A stretch of DNA of 63,132 bases from a virus (IMGVR_UViG_3300005095_000109:1-63132); one strand, 5' to 3'. Positions 16,587 through 27,639 are shown, numbered from the stretch's first letter. Notes: generated by a model not told the origin, from the letters alone. Translations and numbers: made by a program.

Positions 16587-17057
16587 ATGAGAAAGATAAA
16601 ATTCAAAGTTTGGGACGACCTGTACAAGAGGTGGGTAAAAGATGATGGAACTGTTTTGATAACGCCGGGAGGAAAAATCTTCACATTTGAAGAAGTAAAT
16701 CCGGGCAGAGCAGGCAACCCATACAAAGCATTCTTCTATAAAGGTCATTATAGATTGTTACAATTCACAGGATTTTATGATGTTGACGGCAGGGAAATCT
16801 ACGAAGGAGATATAGTCAAGGCAACAGAGCTTGATTTCGGATATGACTACGGGCGAGTTATATGGTTTGAGGGACTGGCGCAGTTTTCTATTGAATGGAA
16901 CAAGTATAATGATTTTGGTTCGTTCTATGAGTTTGCATATCGTGATAAGAACGGGAAAGTAACAAGGAAAACAGAACTTAAAATAATTAGAAATATATTT
17001 GAAAACCAGGAGTTTGAGTTTGACGGTGATTATAACCCAGAGAATGGCAAAAAATGA
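16587..17057 (+). CDS. YopX-family protein
   Basis: IKFKVWD, QFTGFYDVDGREIYEGDIV and NIFEN. Confidence 0.88.
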   Translation: MRKIKFKVWDDLYKRWVKDDGTVLITPGGKIFTFEEVNPGRAGNPYKAFFYKGHYRLLQFTGFYDVDGREIYEGDIVKATELDFGYDYGRVIWFEGLAQFSIEWNKYNDFGSFYEFAYRDKNGKVTRKTELKIIRNIFENQEFEFDGDYNPENGKK

Positions 17058-17088
17058 GCAACTGGAAAGACTTGTCTCCGTTGACAAC

Positions 17089-17562
17089 TCATTCCTTCCT
17101 AATCTTTTCTAACCACGGGACCTCAACGTTCCCACGTGTAGCCCCCACACTCTTGGCTGCTTTAGTGTTCTCTTTGTAATCCTTTGCCATCTCATTTATT
17201 ATCTTCTCAATTTTCAGACGTGCATTCAATAAATTGTCAAGTAACACAAGGGCATCCTCAATATTATCATCACTGTCAATCATCTTACTGATTACAGCCA
17301 TCTTGTTATTAACAGCATCAATAACATAATCTAACGGGTCCCAGTCCAACTTCTTATACGTCTCAATGCATTCCTCAACTAACTCGTCAATCGGGCCATC
17401 ATAACCACTTATTTGCCTCGCCAGTTGTTCCCGGGCTTCTCTGTTCAACTTAGCAAACGGGGAACGGCGGTCTGTGAAATAAATAACGAACATAATAGCG
17501 GCGTTACTTAATCTGCTAAATGGACGGATAGTTTTTAGTCCTTCAATATCAAGGAATTTCAT
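17089..17562 (-). CDS. crAss-like conserved helical protein, possible terminase small subunit
   Basis: FVIYFTDRRSPF...ECIETYKKL..DP...RGN pattern recalled from crAss-like proteins usually encoded near TerL. Confidence 0.5.
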   Translation of the reverse strand: MKFLDIEGLKTIRPFSRLSNAAIMFVIYFTDRRSPFAKLNREAREQLARQISGYDGPIDELVEECIETYKKLDWDPLDYVIDAVNNKMAVISKMIDSDDNIEDALVLLDNLLNARLKIEKIINEMAKDYKENTKAAKSVGATRGNVEVPWLEKIRKE

Positions 17563-17595
17563 AAGGCTTTTTATTTTTGAATAAATATATGCAAT

Positions 17596-19188
17596 ATGAC
17601 TAAATGGAAAGAGAAACTACTAAAAGAAACAAGCAACAAGAAAATACTAAATATCTTAGGCAATTTAGACTTATCAGAGGACAAGCAGGCGAAACTAATA
17701 CTGCTTATTAAACTATTGAAAGCAGGGGTCCCGACAGCAATCGTAACGCCAGAGGGGGAACCGCTAACAGCAGTGTTTGGGAAACTAAGAGACCTTAATA
17801 ACAAGAGATGGCTGGTCAGGGACTTGTTCAAGGGACTGTCAGAAGATGTATTGCACATAGGTGTGTTCAGAGGGCATAAACCGGGGGATCCCAGCGTGGC
17901 GGTCGCCGGATTAAAGTGGCGAAAGAAAACATTTCGCAAACCACACGAAATACTAACAGGCAAATATGCAAACGTAGGGCGCGAAAAGTTAGTAGTTATT
18001 AAGCATGAAAACGCACACGCCCTTGATAAATTCCTAAGTCCAGAAATTAAACTCGTCAATGCAGGGGATGAATCATTCCTAAAAGTCTATCACGGGGGGT
18101 TCGCAGTGCTTACAGATGGCACTGCTTATAACTTACATAGGCTTTGGACAAGATACATTACATATAGCGATTGGCTAATGATACTATCATACATAACTGA
18201 AACGCAGGATTATTATAAAGAACTCATTGATGCATACACATTCAGGTATCAGGAAGTCCTTGAAAGACTTGTTAAGTATATGCACGAAAGCGGGCTTTCC
18301 TTTTGGCAGGCAGCAAGGGGCGTTATAGCAGTATCAAAAATGGTAGGCGTTGAGAAGGTAATCGTTGAAAGAGTATTAAGGTATATTGCACGTTCATACG
18401 GCTATAATGAGTATGAGGCAACACGACTAACAGACATAATCTATGAACTGACGCCTGATGAGATAACTCATATATACGCAACGCACTTTGATGAACATAT
18501 AAGGAACCGAATCAAACATATAATAAGATTGCTGTCTTCTCTATCAATGCATACATCAGCGCTCTCTCAATTACTTGATGAAACAGACGCAGTTAGACGA
18601 AAGGCTTTTGATGCCCACATTGGCTCTGTTTATGTCATTCCCGTAGTCAATAAGGAACAAGTGAAAGAGATAGTTTTAATAACGCTATTTAGCAGAGGCA
18701 CACTCCGGGGAACAGCAATAAGATATCCAGCAAAGTATGAAGAAATTAAGAATGCGTATTTAAGAATCCTCGTAACTAATGTAAAGCCCGGAACATTCAT
18801 AGATATAGCACAGGAAGCAATAGGACATATATCAATTAAGACGAACGGTGTTGATTACAACAACCTAAACGATATGCTTGATGAGTTAGACAGTCTGATA
18901 GCAACGCCTATATATAGACAGGCAGCAAAAGATGTAACATACAAGCACAGCATAGTAAAAGATAAATCAGGATACCTTGTAATATCTGATAAACTTATAA
19001 AGAACTTAATGGCTAAGTATCACATTAACCTGCAATTAGGAGTCATCAAGCACTTAATATGCTACTTATTAGACGGATTTATATGGGAATATGAACACAG
19101 TAATATCATTGAAGGTAGAGTGATATTCTTTAACCCACCAAAAGACAAAATAAGTAACAAATTAAAATCTATCCTTGATATGCCATAG
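17596..19188 (+). CDS. Hypothetical protein (530 aa); N-terminus possibly a degenerate Prim-Pol domain
   Basis: Long ORF with weak motif resemblance only. Confidence 0.7.
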   Translation: MTKWKEKLLKETSNKKILNILGNLDLSEDKQAKLILLIKLLKAGVPTAIVTPEGEPLTAVFGKLRDLNNKRWLVRDLFKGLSEDVLHIGVFRGHKPGDPSVAVAGLKWRKKTFRKPHEILTGKYANVGREKLVVIKHENAHALDKFLSPEIKLVNAGDESFLKVYHGGFAVLTDGTAYNLHRLWTRYITYSDWLMILSYITETQDYYKELIDAYTFRYQEVLERLVKYMHESGLSFWQAARGVIAVSKMVGVEKVIVERVLRYIARSYGYNEYEATRLTDIIYELTPDEITHIYATHFDEHIRNRIKHIIRLLSSLSMHTSALSQLLDETDAVRRKAFDAHIGSVYVIPVVNKEQVKEIVLITLFSRGTLRGTAIRYPAKYEEIKNAYLRILVTNVKPGTFIDIAQEAIGHISIKTNGVDYNNLNDMLDELDSLIATPIYRQAAKDVTYKHSIVKDKSGYLVISDKLIKNLMAKYHINLQLGVIKHLICYLLDGFIWEYEHSNIIEGRVIFFNPPKDKISNKLKSILDMP

Positions 19189-19654
19189 CCTTGTGATAAG
19201 CATCTATCGTTCTCCTTAACCACCCTATAAGATAACGACGCTTGCTTGGCCACCTATAAGCCAATTCGGTATAGAACTTGACAATAGTTACTGCATAATG
19301 AGACATGCAAGTCTTCTTTATTGCGTTGAGAGTGATTGGGCCGATTATGCCATCTGGCTTTACCCCAACTGCTCTCTGTAAATACCTATTTGCTCTCCTA
19401 ACGCCAATATTAACTGCATTGATAAAATGATATATCCCCCACTTGGGAGGCATCTTATGGCAACGTGCTTTAATCCAAAAGTCATCAAAATATATAGCCT
19501 TGGCTTGTTCAAGGGTTAGGTTTTTGATATCTAAATCAGGATATGACATCTTGCTTATGCCATATTTAGTTTCCCCGCCTGGGTCATGCGGGTCATTAAC
19601 ATACCCGCCTTCCCATTTCATTAACAGATTAAATGCGTAATCAAATGCATTCAT
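19169..19654 (-). CDS. Endolysin, glycoside hydrolase family 108 with peptidoglycan-binding domain
   Basis: EGGYVNDPHDPGGETKYGIS, LQRAVGVKPDGIIGPITL and GWLRR. Confidence 0.93.
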   Translation of the reverse strand: MNAFDYAFNLLMKWEGGYVNDPHDPGGETKYGISKMSYPDLDIKNLTLEQAKAIYFDDFWIKARCHKMPPKWGIYHFINAVNIGVRRANRYLQRAVGVKPDGIIGPITLNAIKKTCMSHYAVTIVKFYTELAYRWPSKRRYLIGWLRRTIDAYHKAMAYQG

Positions 19655-19685
19655 AGTTGCTGTTTCCTGCTAAGATAAAAAACCA

Positions 19686-19928
19686 CTAATTAACCACTAC
19701 AACTTTTTGTTTACTAAAAGCAAATACTTCTAATATAACTCTACAACATTCCCCAGTAGTTGATAGTATAACTTTATCATTTGAAAAATCTATACACATA
19801 ATACAGTTATCGCAATTTATATTTGATTTATAACACTTTGAAGAGTTAAGTATAATACTACGACTTGCTTCTATAAGCCTTCCTGAAAAGATAAACTTAT
19901 CACCACACAAGCCACCTCCCCCACACAT
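19686..19928 (-). CDS. Small Cys-rich hypothetical protein
   Basis: Fills the gap between the holin and endolysin genes. Confidence 0.45.
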   Translation of the reverse strand: MCGGGGLCGDKFIFSGRLIEASRSIILNSSKCYKSNINCDNCIMCIDFSNDKVILSTTGECCRVILEVFAFSKQKVVVVN

Positions 19929-19954
19929 TGCCGTAAAACTCTATCATGAATCCT

Positions 19955-20320
19955 TTATAGCACATCCTCCTCAGGTAGTTGTTCAATTATTCTTGGAACT
20001 TCTTGGTCTGCACAGGGACACGCAAGCGAAGGAACTATTAAAATCAATGCCGCAATTCCTGTTAACCCAATTATCCACCAGTCCATCTGCCCCGTCTTTG
20101 TATAGTGCAGTGTTGCAAGGGTCATGATAGCCATTGCAACAACCCGTTTGCTGGATACCTTGCTCCTGTCCCGCTCTTGTATTACAGAGGGAATTTCCTG
20201 TATTACCTTGCCTGCTCCCCTCCCAATGCCCTTCACTACTTTACCTATTGCGCCTATAACCTTAGGAGCACTTTCCACAATAGCCCCTATAACCGTTGGA
20301 GGAATTTTTTTCTGTCCCAT
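19955..20320 (-). CDS. Putative holin
   Basis: SSKR followed by two hydrophobic segments. Upstream of the endolysin, with its own TATCTTTG box. Confidence 0.6.
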   Translation of the reverse strand: MGQKKIPPTVIGAIVESAPKVIGAIGKVVKGIGRGAGKVIQEIPSVIQERDRSKVSSKRVVAMAIMTLATLHYTKTGQMDWWIIGLTGIAALILIVPSLACPCADQEVPRIIEQLPEEDVL

Positions 20321-20351
20321 GCTTAACTGTTTTCACAAAGATAAGCAACAA

Positions 20352-23300
20352 TTATATGTCCATACTGGTTCTGTAATTAACCCTCACGCTCATAACACGT
20401 GGCATAGTATTGCGGATGTCCAGCCCCAATATATCACAGTCAACAGGATATTGCTTGTTCATTAACCTCTTAAATGTCAATGTGCGTGGCTCATACCAAT
20501 CAGTGGGCGGTAAGACTATATTATCAGTAAACCAAATCCTAACCAACAACCATTTGCCCCTATGACGTCTGTTCCGAGATACAGGCTTCACAGGACCTCT
20601 TATTATGCCTTCCCTGTATTTAATATCGGTTCTGTCTATAAATGAATACCCTGCCTCGCTAATAAACTCAATACGCTCAATGTAAATAGTAGGGTCAGCA
20701 AAGTTAATAGAGTTTGCATCAAATAGACCCCTTACAAATGGGAATGTATCTAATGCTATGTCAATAGTATCAAAAGTAGTGGCATAGTTATAATTAGTTG
20801 TAACTATAAAATCAACAAATGGCTTGGAAGGTCCTAAGTTATTAACACCTATATATTCATTAAATCCATAACGCCAATGTATATCCGACACACGCCAAAG
20901 GAATACCTTGTCGTAGTTTCTAATCTGTGTTTCTGCCCTGTTTGCTGGCGGGCAAACAGAGTAATCAACATATCCAGAAGAGAAATCATTACTCAAGTCA
21001 TATGAAACAGGCACAACTCCTCTAATTTGAGCCAGTAAGTAGCCTCTTATGTTGCCACCCCACCCCGGCACCATCCTGTCAATACCGGTAAAAACCCCAA
21101 GTGCTTCATCATAAACAACAGGGAACTGCCTTTCAGCAGTGCCAACGACAAATATCAATTCTCTATTCTGTAAGTCCTTAAGTATCCTTGACACATACTC
21201 ATCTACTAAATCTAAATTCTCTCCCAGCACGCCATCTAAGAAAGATGAAATAGCCCCGCCACTTATAACATCAATCCCATTGCTTATTCTGAAAATTGCC
21301 TTGCGGATATTATCAATCCCATATACCCCACTCATACCTGCACGCAACCCATACCACGACTGAACACCTATTCCGGGGGTGATTGGTTTGGCATATGCAA
21401 CGCCGCTCTGAACACCTAATACCAATGACTCTCCACCGGTATCTGGAATGACCCTTGTCTCATCAATAGCAACTATATTAACAGCAGACCTTTGTGCTAT
21501 GTATAACCTATCATTAAATGATGCGCTGGCAGTTATCTCACCATACTGACCAGCGCAATCATAATAATATCCCGGCAATATACTCTGAAATCTGTCTATG
21601 AATTCGCCATAAACCTTCTTGTCCGAATAAACAAATCTATTAGGGAATTTTATCGCTTCCCTAAACAGTTGCGGGCTGGGGAAGTAGAACTTAACAATCT
21701 CATCTAATAAGGCAACCGAAGCCAACTCAACACGCTCATTTTGAACAAAGTGGTCTGGGCCTGTATTTGCAAAAAATCCAGAACAATTTGTTCTCTCCCC
21801 TGATATGTTAGCAGTAGTTACCCTGTTACCAGTTGTTAGCATAAAGTTCTTCCTTGACTCAAAAGGCAAAATATAAACCCTACTATAAGTCAACCCATCT
21901 GGTGTATCATAATGTGGCAATAGATACATAAACGGGAATAGCCCAGCATAAGTATCGCCACCAAATACAACCATATAATCGGTGAATGCTTCCTCGCCAG
22001 TATTTATAAGCGGATAAAACGCTCCAGTAGTGATGTATTTAGTATTAGATAAAGATGTCTCATTAAGCCCACCATATTGCTTATCCGGGCTCCTGCCATC
22101 CCAAACCTCAACTATTGGGATTGCCGCTTCATTGGTCAAACACCTATGCCAAAATGGTGCATTCTGTATTTCAAGTGGGTCAAAGGCAATACCAGTGAAA
22201 TGAACTGGATGGTGCCTATCCCAGAAAAACCAATTTATATATCTATTAACAGACCCGTTGCCAACGCCTGCTATTATGCAATCAGTCACGAACATTGAAT
22301 ATGTGTATCGCAACTTCACCATTAAGCCTGCCGACTGCCCACCACTTTCTATTAATTTTCGCTTACGAAGAATTCTACCAACTGGGCATCCTCTCGTCAA
22401 AGATGAGTAAGTCGGGCAATCCCAGAAACTGTTTGAAGTATTATCATACCAGAACTTAACATTAGATGCAGCCCCTCTTACCTCGCCATAACAAGGCGAA
22501 ACTGTGCTTCTATAATCGTCTATTAAGCCTCTTGCCAGCCAGTGCATATTAGCGTAGACCATCCCTGACCCGTCTATGCCCTCACAGTATGTCCACGGGC
22601 CATTTGGTAGCAAAGAAGAAACCCAGTCAATACGGTCTGAATATCCAATATTGTAGTATGGTATTGTATCTGAAGGAGTTGTGTATCTACCATAAACTTT
22701 CAATTTAGAGAAATCCATATTTACCAGATAACCACCATGCTCGTTGTCAGTATTGTGGCTTAATATAGTTGGCATTAAAGACACTGTATGATACCTATGC
22801 TTGTCATTATTGCATACAGAGCGATCAAATTCCTCATTAAATATGTAATCGCTGAGACAGGAGTTATCACCCCAAACACCTATTGACACACCACACAGTC
22901 TTATTAACAAGGAACCTCCTAAACTGCCTTTTTTGCCTGCAAGCGCCTCATCAATGGCGATGTCAGGAGACCACAAATAAACAAGGTTCCAAGCAGCCAT
23001 AAGATTACAAAGCCTATTTGTATTGTCGCCCCAACAGAAGTCTTCATCTATCTGCGTTGCTAATTTGTATAGATTGACTATTTGATTTGGCTGGCACCAA
23101 CTACACCATTCACGCCAGTTCAGAACAGCCCGCCAGTAATGAGTGCTATTAGGCGTTGAATAGCATGGTGCGGTAATATACTGGTTTGATACGCCTTGGT
23201 CTTTTTGAAGTCCCATTACAGGGAACATGCCGGGATGCTGTTCAACAGTAGCCCCCTGATAGAATGTCCCAGACCCACATCCATGCCTATCAACACATTC

Positions 23301-25298
23301 GTGGTTTACTTCTAATGCTGGCGTTACCCCCGCAACCATAAGAACAGATGGGTCAGCCTCTGCCCTAACAATTAGGAAGCCATTTATGTCGTTCTTGTTG
23401 GCAGTTCGCCAATTACCAAGCGTATCATCATATATCTGTATCCTCAAATTGCTAATTCTTAGCCCCATTGACAAAACAGCGTAACTCATATCAACAGTGT
23501 AACTGCCAGATGTATAATCAAGCGGATGTACTGCTTTTTTAAGTGATAACGCAGAAACCCCATACTTCTCCCAATAATCAGGTATGTCAGTTCCATCAAG
23601 GCATCTCTTATTGAGTATTTCTATTAGGTTCGCATCACATCCGAACCCAAAATCAGTATTCTCAAAAACAGGAAGCCTCCTATAATCATAATATCCTAAC
23701 GCAGAGGATACTTCAGGATATAGATAAACATTCTTCGTGTAAGTGCTAACGCTACATGTGTCAGGATTATATGTTCTAATAATTATATTGCTGTATGGTC
23801 TATTATTTGCATCCCTGCCTTGTTCATACATAACAGGGAAAGTAATATCAGCAAGATGAGTAACAAATGATGGACGCATCTTTTTATCAAATACTACGAC
23901 GCCAAACCTGTATGTATCGCCACGTTTATAACCAGAAAACGAGAAATCCATCTGGACATCCCTGAAATCAGAGTAGCCATTTATTATAGGTGCGGGGCGT
24001 CTTCGTATAGTGGAAAGCGGTATGCCAATATGCTCAAGCGACCCAACACAATTTGATGTTGTTGGGCATCCGATAACAGTTCCATATGCACGTGGCTCAA
24101 CATATGGTTTTCTGAACTTATAGTTAGTGTATTTACTATCAAAGCACGACGGAGCATTAACAACACTTACATCATTAGCAGGGTCTGGTATCACTGCCCT
24201 ATGCAGACTGCGTGGATGATACTCAACATTGCCGAAGAATATACGATTGTTAAACATCTCAACTGTTTTAGCAGATTTTATAGCCTGATAGTATATGTCA
24301 AACTGCCTGTGGTCAATTAACTCGCCCCCCATTTTAGTATGGTCAATAAACATTTCTGTCTGCCACCAATCACTTACGTTCCTAATACCACATTTTTTAA
24401 GGTCTATAGTCTTAAATATGGCGGCATGGTCAACTGAATTATCTGACTTCATATATACATATGCTATTTGTAGATACCTAAAACGCCTATCTATATAATG
24501 AAGCCTAAGCCTAAACCCTTTGTTTGAATTAACGCCAACCTCATGCAACCGCCTATCCTTCCAAGCATTGCCATAATAACATAGCAGTCCAGATGGCATT
24601 ATAAGGCGTCTTGTCAACGGGAACCAAGGCGTTACAGTCCCGAACTCAGTTACATAGCGAAAACTATACTGATAGGCCCCAGTCAGCAAATTGCCACCTG
24701 TAAGTGAATAAAATGATAAGAAAGATGGGTCAACGTCAGGGAATAGGTAATAGTTATTACATGCAACATTAGGGGAATACCAAGTCCCTGTTAATGTGTT
24801 CTTATATACGACTATTGTCATCGGCTCAGTATCCTTAGGTATGAAATAAAACCTATATTTCAAGTTGTCAGACTCGCCACCATCCCTAACGCCGACCATC
24901 TCAAAATAGTCCATAGGGAATAATGGTAGTTTAGCAACTATGTTGAAAGATACAGTTCCAGAACTGTCCATCTCAGCAACAACAAATAGCCTTTGCCCCC
25001 ATCTTACAGCATCAAAACCAACAATCATAAATAGTGTATCGTCAATTGTATAAGCAGAAATTATTTCGTGATTGACTAAGAACGATGGGGTTGACAAATC
25101 ACATACTCCATCAGGGAGAAAGAAAGGAAAACGTAAATATCCAACATCAAGATGGTCTTTCGCAACACGAAGCCCAAAATGATGCAGTTCATCTTTTGAT
25201 AATGAAACACCTATGCCAAGACGATAACCTTCTTTATTGTAAGTATCGTGGACAAAGCCTTTACTAAATGTTTGGACAACACTTTCTTGCCTTGGCAT
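20352..25298 (-). CDS. Tail muzzle/stabilization protein (crAss-like)
   Basis: FSKG N-terminus, YQYSFRY, NRIFFGN, GYKRGDTYRFGVV, FGGDTY and RGKW. Located after the ring genes. Confidence 0.85.
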   Translation of the reverse strand: MPRQESVVQTFSKGFVHDTYNKEGYRLGIGVSLSKDELHHFGLRVAKDHLDVGYLRFPFFLPDGVCDLSTPSFLVNHEIISAYTIDDTLFMIVGFDAVRWGQRLFVVAEMDSSGTVSFNIVAKLPLFPMDYFEMVGVRDGGESDNLKYRFYFIPKDTEPMTIVVYKNTLTGTWYSPNVACNNYYLFPDVDPSFLSFYSLTGGNLLTGAYQYSFRYVTEFGTVTPWFPLTRRLIMPSGLLCYYGNAWKDRRLHEVGVNSNKGFRLRLHYIDRRFRYLQIAYVYMKSDNSVDHAAIFKTIDLKKCGIRNVSDWWQTEMFIDHTKMGGELIDHRQFDIYYQAIKSAKTVEMFNNRIFFGNVEYHPRSLHRAVIPDPANDVSVVNAPSCFDSKYTNYKFRKPYVEPRAYGTVIGCPTTSNCVGSLEHIGIPLSTIRRRPAPIINGYSDFRDVQMDFSFSGYKRGDTYRFGVVVFDKKMRPSFVTHLADITFPVMYEQGRDANNRPYSNIIIRTYNPDTCSVSTYTKNVYLYPEVSSALGYYDYRRLPVFENTDFGFGCDANLIEILNKRCLDGTDIPDYWEKYGVSALSLKKAVHPLDYTSGSYTVDMSYAVLSMGLRISNLRIQIYDDTLGNWRTANKNDINGFLIVRAEADPSVLMVAGVTPALEVNHECVDRHGCGSGTFYQGATVEQHPGMFPVMGLQKDQGVSNQYITAPCYSTPNSTHYWRAVLNWREWCSWCQPNQIVNLYKLATQIDEDFCWGDNTNRLCNLMAAWNLVYLWSPDIAIDEALAGKKGSLGGSLLIRLCGVSIGVWGDNSCLSDYIFNEEFDRSVCNNDKHRYHTVSLMPTILSHNTDNEHGGYLVNMDFSKLKVYGRYTTPSDTIPYYNIGYSDRIDWVSSLLPNGPWTYCEGIDGSGMVYANMHWLARGLIDDYRSTVSPCYGEVRGAASNVKFWYDNTSNSFWDCPTYSSLTRGCPVGRILRKRKLIESGGQSAGLMVKLRYTYSMFVTDCIIAGVGNGSVNRYINWFFWDRHHPVHFTGIAFDPLEIQNAPFWHRCLTNEAAIPIVEVWDGRSPDKQYGGLNETSLSNTKYITTGAFYPLINTGEEAFTDYMVVFGGDTYAGLFPFMYLLPHYDTPDGLTYSRVYILPFESRKNFMLTTGNRVTTANISGERTNCSGFFANTGPDHFVQNERVELASVALLDEIVKFYFPSPQLFREAIKFPNRFVYSDKKVYGEFIDRFQSILPGYYYDCAGQYGEITASASFNDRLYIAQRSAVNIVAIDETRVIPDTGGESLVLGVQSGVAYAKPITPGIGVQSWYGLRAGMSGVYGIDNIRKAIFRISNGIDVISGGAISSFLDGVLGENLDLVDEYVSRILKDLQNRELIFVVGTAERQFPVVYDEALGVFTGIDRMVPGWGGNIRGYLLAQIRGVVPVSYDLSNDFSSGYVDYSVCPPANRAETQIRNYDKVFLWRVSDIHWRYGFNEYIGVNNLGPSKPFVDFIVTTNYNYATTFDTIDIALDTFPFVRGLFDANSINFADPTIYIERIEFISEAGYSFIDRTDIKYREGIIRGPVKPVSRNRRHRGKWLLVRIWFTDNIVLPPTDWYEPRTLTFKRLMNKQYPVDCDILGLDIRNTMPRVMSVRVNYRTSMDI

Positions 25299-25305
25299 AG
25301 CATTA

Positions 25306-26010
25306 CTAAGTTAAATTAAGTCCACCAAGTGGTTTTAAGTTATTCCAAACTCTCTTTGCTATTGTTGTTAGTTCATCAGCACTGCGTAATGCTGTCTGAC
25401 CACGCACCTGCCCACATAGCCAATGCCACCTGTGCTCAGCTTCTCTATACACAACATTAGGGATATCCCCCTTAAAGAACTTCCTCGCAATTAGTTTATA
25501 AACTATATAAGCAACTACTGCGTCGGCATGCAGATGGTAAACAGTAGGCAAGCCTCTTTCGTCAAGCGGTAGCGCTAAATATGCAATTCCAATCTTACCT
25601 TCTCGTAGAGTTATATGTATGTAGTTATTGCTAACATAGTAAACAACATCGCTATAAGCCTCATAATGCGACGTCTGGTAGTTATATGGCGAAACAGTGT
25701 ATGGCTCTGCTAAATGCGACGCTTTGCTATCATCAAGGCTTTTGTAAAAATGAACAAAGTGCCTTTCTGTGTATGGAACATATCTGCCGGAATGCTTTAC
25801 ATATAAAAGCCTTACAAGGTCATCAGGCAATTTTGCCCTGTAATCCTTTACATCTAACAAGCACTCCTTCCTTATTAGAGAATCCTCAGTGCCTATCTTA
25901 GCAATAGCCTCAACAATCCACTCATATATGCTATAAAGGTCTCGCTCATCTATATCGCCATAATCCCTATTAACCATAGCCAGTATCTCTTCAGCGGAAA
26001 ACCTTTTCAT
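25306..26010 (-). CDS. Tail ring/tubular protein (crAss-like)
   Basis: EWIVEAIAKIG, YRAKLPDDL and YLALPLDERGLP. TGATG overlap start. Confidence 0.8.
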   Translation of the reverse strand: MKRFSAEEILAMVNRDYGDIDERDLYSIYEWIVEAIAKIGTEDSLIRKECLLDVKDYRAKLPDDLVRLLYVKHSGRYVPYTERHFVHFYKSLDDSKASHLAEPYTVSPYNYQTSHYEAYSDVVYYVSNNYIHITLREGKIGIAYLALPLDERGLPTVYHLHADAVVAYIVYKLIARKFFKGDIPNVVYREAEHRWHWLCGQVRGQTALRSADELTTIAKRVWNNLKPLGGLNLT

Positions 26011-26198
26011 CAAGACCACTTTTTAAGCGGGCACTTAGCCCATTTAGCCTTAGTCTTCAGATGCACGAAACACCCACAGACTCCACACCGCCACATCTTC
26101 TCTGGAAGCATAATCCCCATCGCCTTTCTTTTTAACTTCTCACACTTAAGGCATATAGACAGCCTATGCCTTGCAACCTTATCGCTTATAGTCATCAT
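26010..26198 (-). CDS. Small Cys-rich protein (DUF6171-like zinc binder)
   Basis: RLSICLKC...CGVCGCFVHLKT..CPLKKW. Confidence 0.7.
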   Translation of the reverse strand: MMTISDKVARHRLSICLKCEKLKRKAMGIMLPEKMWRCGVCGCFVHLKTKAKWAKCPLKKWS

Positions 26199-26869
26199 TT
26201 CGTTCTTATTTTGCCAAGTGTATCTCTGTTTTCTGCTATTGAATCCTGCAATCCATATACAAATCTACTAACTTCATTGAGAATGTTCTGTGTTATCAGA
26301 GGTAACATCCAATCAGCAATTGGATAAGGCTCATCCCACCCAAGGCATTTACCACTGCATTCGCCATCTGGCTCTGCACAATCAAGCGGATTAGATAGTA
26401 TAGCACGCACGTTTATGTAACAGCGTGGCGATGAACACCCAGTTATGTATAATTTTCCGCCAATGAATAAAGCGTATGGAACATTCTTAGCCAGCCAACT
26501 ATGAATCCTATGTATAGTGCTTTCAGTTAGAACCCTTAATGGCGTCCGCTTGTCAATAAGACCTACAAACCCTATCGCCCACGGCTCATTAGAAATAAGA
26601 GCGGGGAGCCTCGCTTTATAAACATCATATCCATACAATACCTCTGGGCAATCAGCAACATCAACTTTATCAAGAGGAACGCACCCTAAATCTTGATACA
26701 ATGACTCATCTACATTATTATTCTTCTCTACTTCATCTTTAATCAGATAAGCACGCCACTTATTTACCCAAAAGGCAATCTGCCTATCATGTAATACCCT
26801 ATCATCTACATAACCGCCACCACTTAACAGGTTCTTTATATCCGCAACAATCTGTGAGAGCGTAGCCAT
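26195..26869 (-). CDS. Tail ring protein (crAss-like)
   Basis: DRQIAFWVNKWRAYLIK, YQDLGC and WDEPYPI. Confidence 0.8.
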   Translation of the reverse strand: MATLSQIVADIKNLLSGGGYVDDRVLHDRQIAFWVNKWRAYLIKDEVEKNNNVDESLYQDLGCVPLDKVDVADCPEVLYGYDVYKARLPALISNEPWAIGFVGLIDKRTPLRVLTESTIHRIHSWLAKNVPYALFIGGKLYITGCSSPRCYINVRAILSNPLDCAEPDGECSGKCLGWDEPYPIADWMLPLITQNILNEVSRFVYGLQDSIAENRDTLGKIRTK

Positions 26870-26883
26870 CCATTACATAACTA

Positions 26884-27600
26884 TTAAATGCTTGCAAGGA
26901 ACGTGTCAAGATTAGATATAGAAGTTGTATTCGTTCGTTCTATAAAAATAGTAAATACAACACGCCTTTCAACAGGAGACCACCTTGTAAACATCCCGTG
27001 CACATTAGACGTAGATGGGGAATCAAAGTCCACTACAAGGTCATACCTGAAATACTGAGATGATGTGTTGACAATAGTAGCGGGCACGCCTAAGTCAAGC
27101 AGGTTCTGTGGCTGCCCAACAGAAGGTGCCGCTGAACTGTTTAGGGTATATGACCAGTGAGAACTATATGCTATGCCAAAGGGCTCACCAACCTGCTTTG
27201 CTACGATAGTGATAGAATTTGTTGTTGTTGTTATAGTGGCATATTCCCCGAATAATGATTGTATTCTATTTGCTATATAGTTAATTATAGGTGTAACAGT
27301 TGCGGGAGGGGGTGTAGGCACAACATACCTAACAAAGTATTTTTCATTCCCGATATAAAGTGTAACCCAAACTATATCCCCAGATGCCGGGACAGATGGC
27401 AAGGTCAACGTAACAGAATGTGGAGTTCCAGTTGTAGGCGCAATTTTGTGATGCTCAATTAATTTTTCATAATTAAATTCTGGCATATCGCCCCAATCAA
27501 AGCCAGACAGTTGAACCATATTACCATTTATAGTTGCTGTTAAGGTAGATGTGTTAACTACTGCTATCTTCCGAGGTGCCTCTGGATTATGCATATACAT
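26884..27600 (-). CDS. Structural protein, possible auxiliary capsid protein
   Basis: Beta-rich, T/S/P-rich. Position in the head module, with its own TAACTTTG box. Confidence 0.6.
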   Translation of the reverse strand: MYMHNPEAPRKIAVVNTSTLTATINGNMVQLSGFDWGDMPEFNYEKLIEHHKIAPTTGTPHSVTLTLPSVPASGDIVWVTLYIGNEKYFVRYVVPTPPPATVTPIINYIANRIQSLFGEYATITTTTNSITIVAKQVGEPFGIAYSSHWSYTLNSSAAPSVGQPQNLLDLGVPATIVNTSSQYFRYDLVVDFDSPSTSNVHGMFTRWSPVERRVVFTIFIERTNTTSISNLDTFLASI

Positions 27601-27639
27601 TTCGCTTCATTTTGCTACAAAGTTATGTAAGCGAATTGA

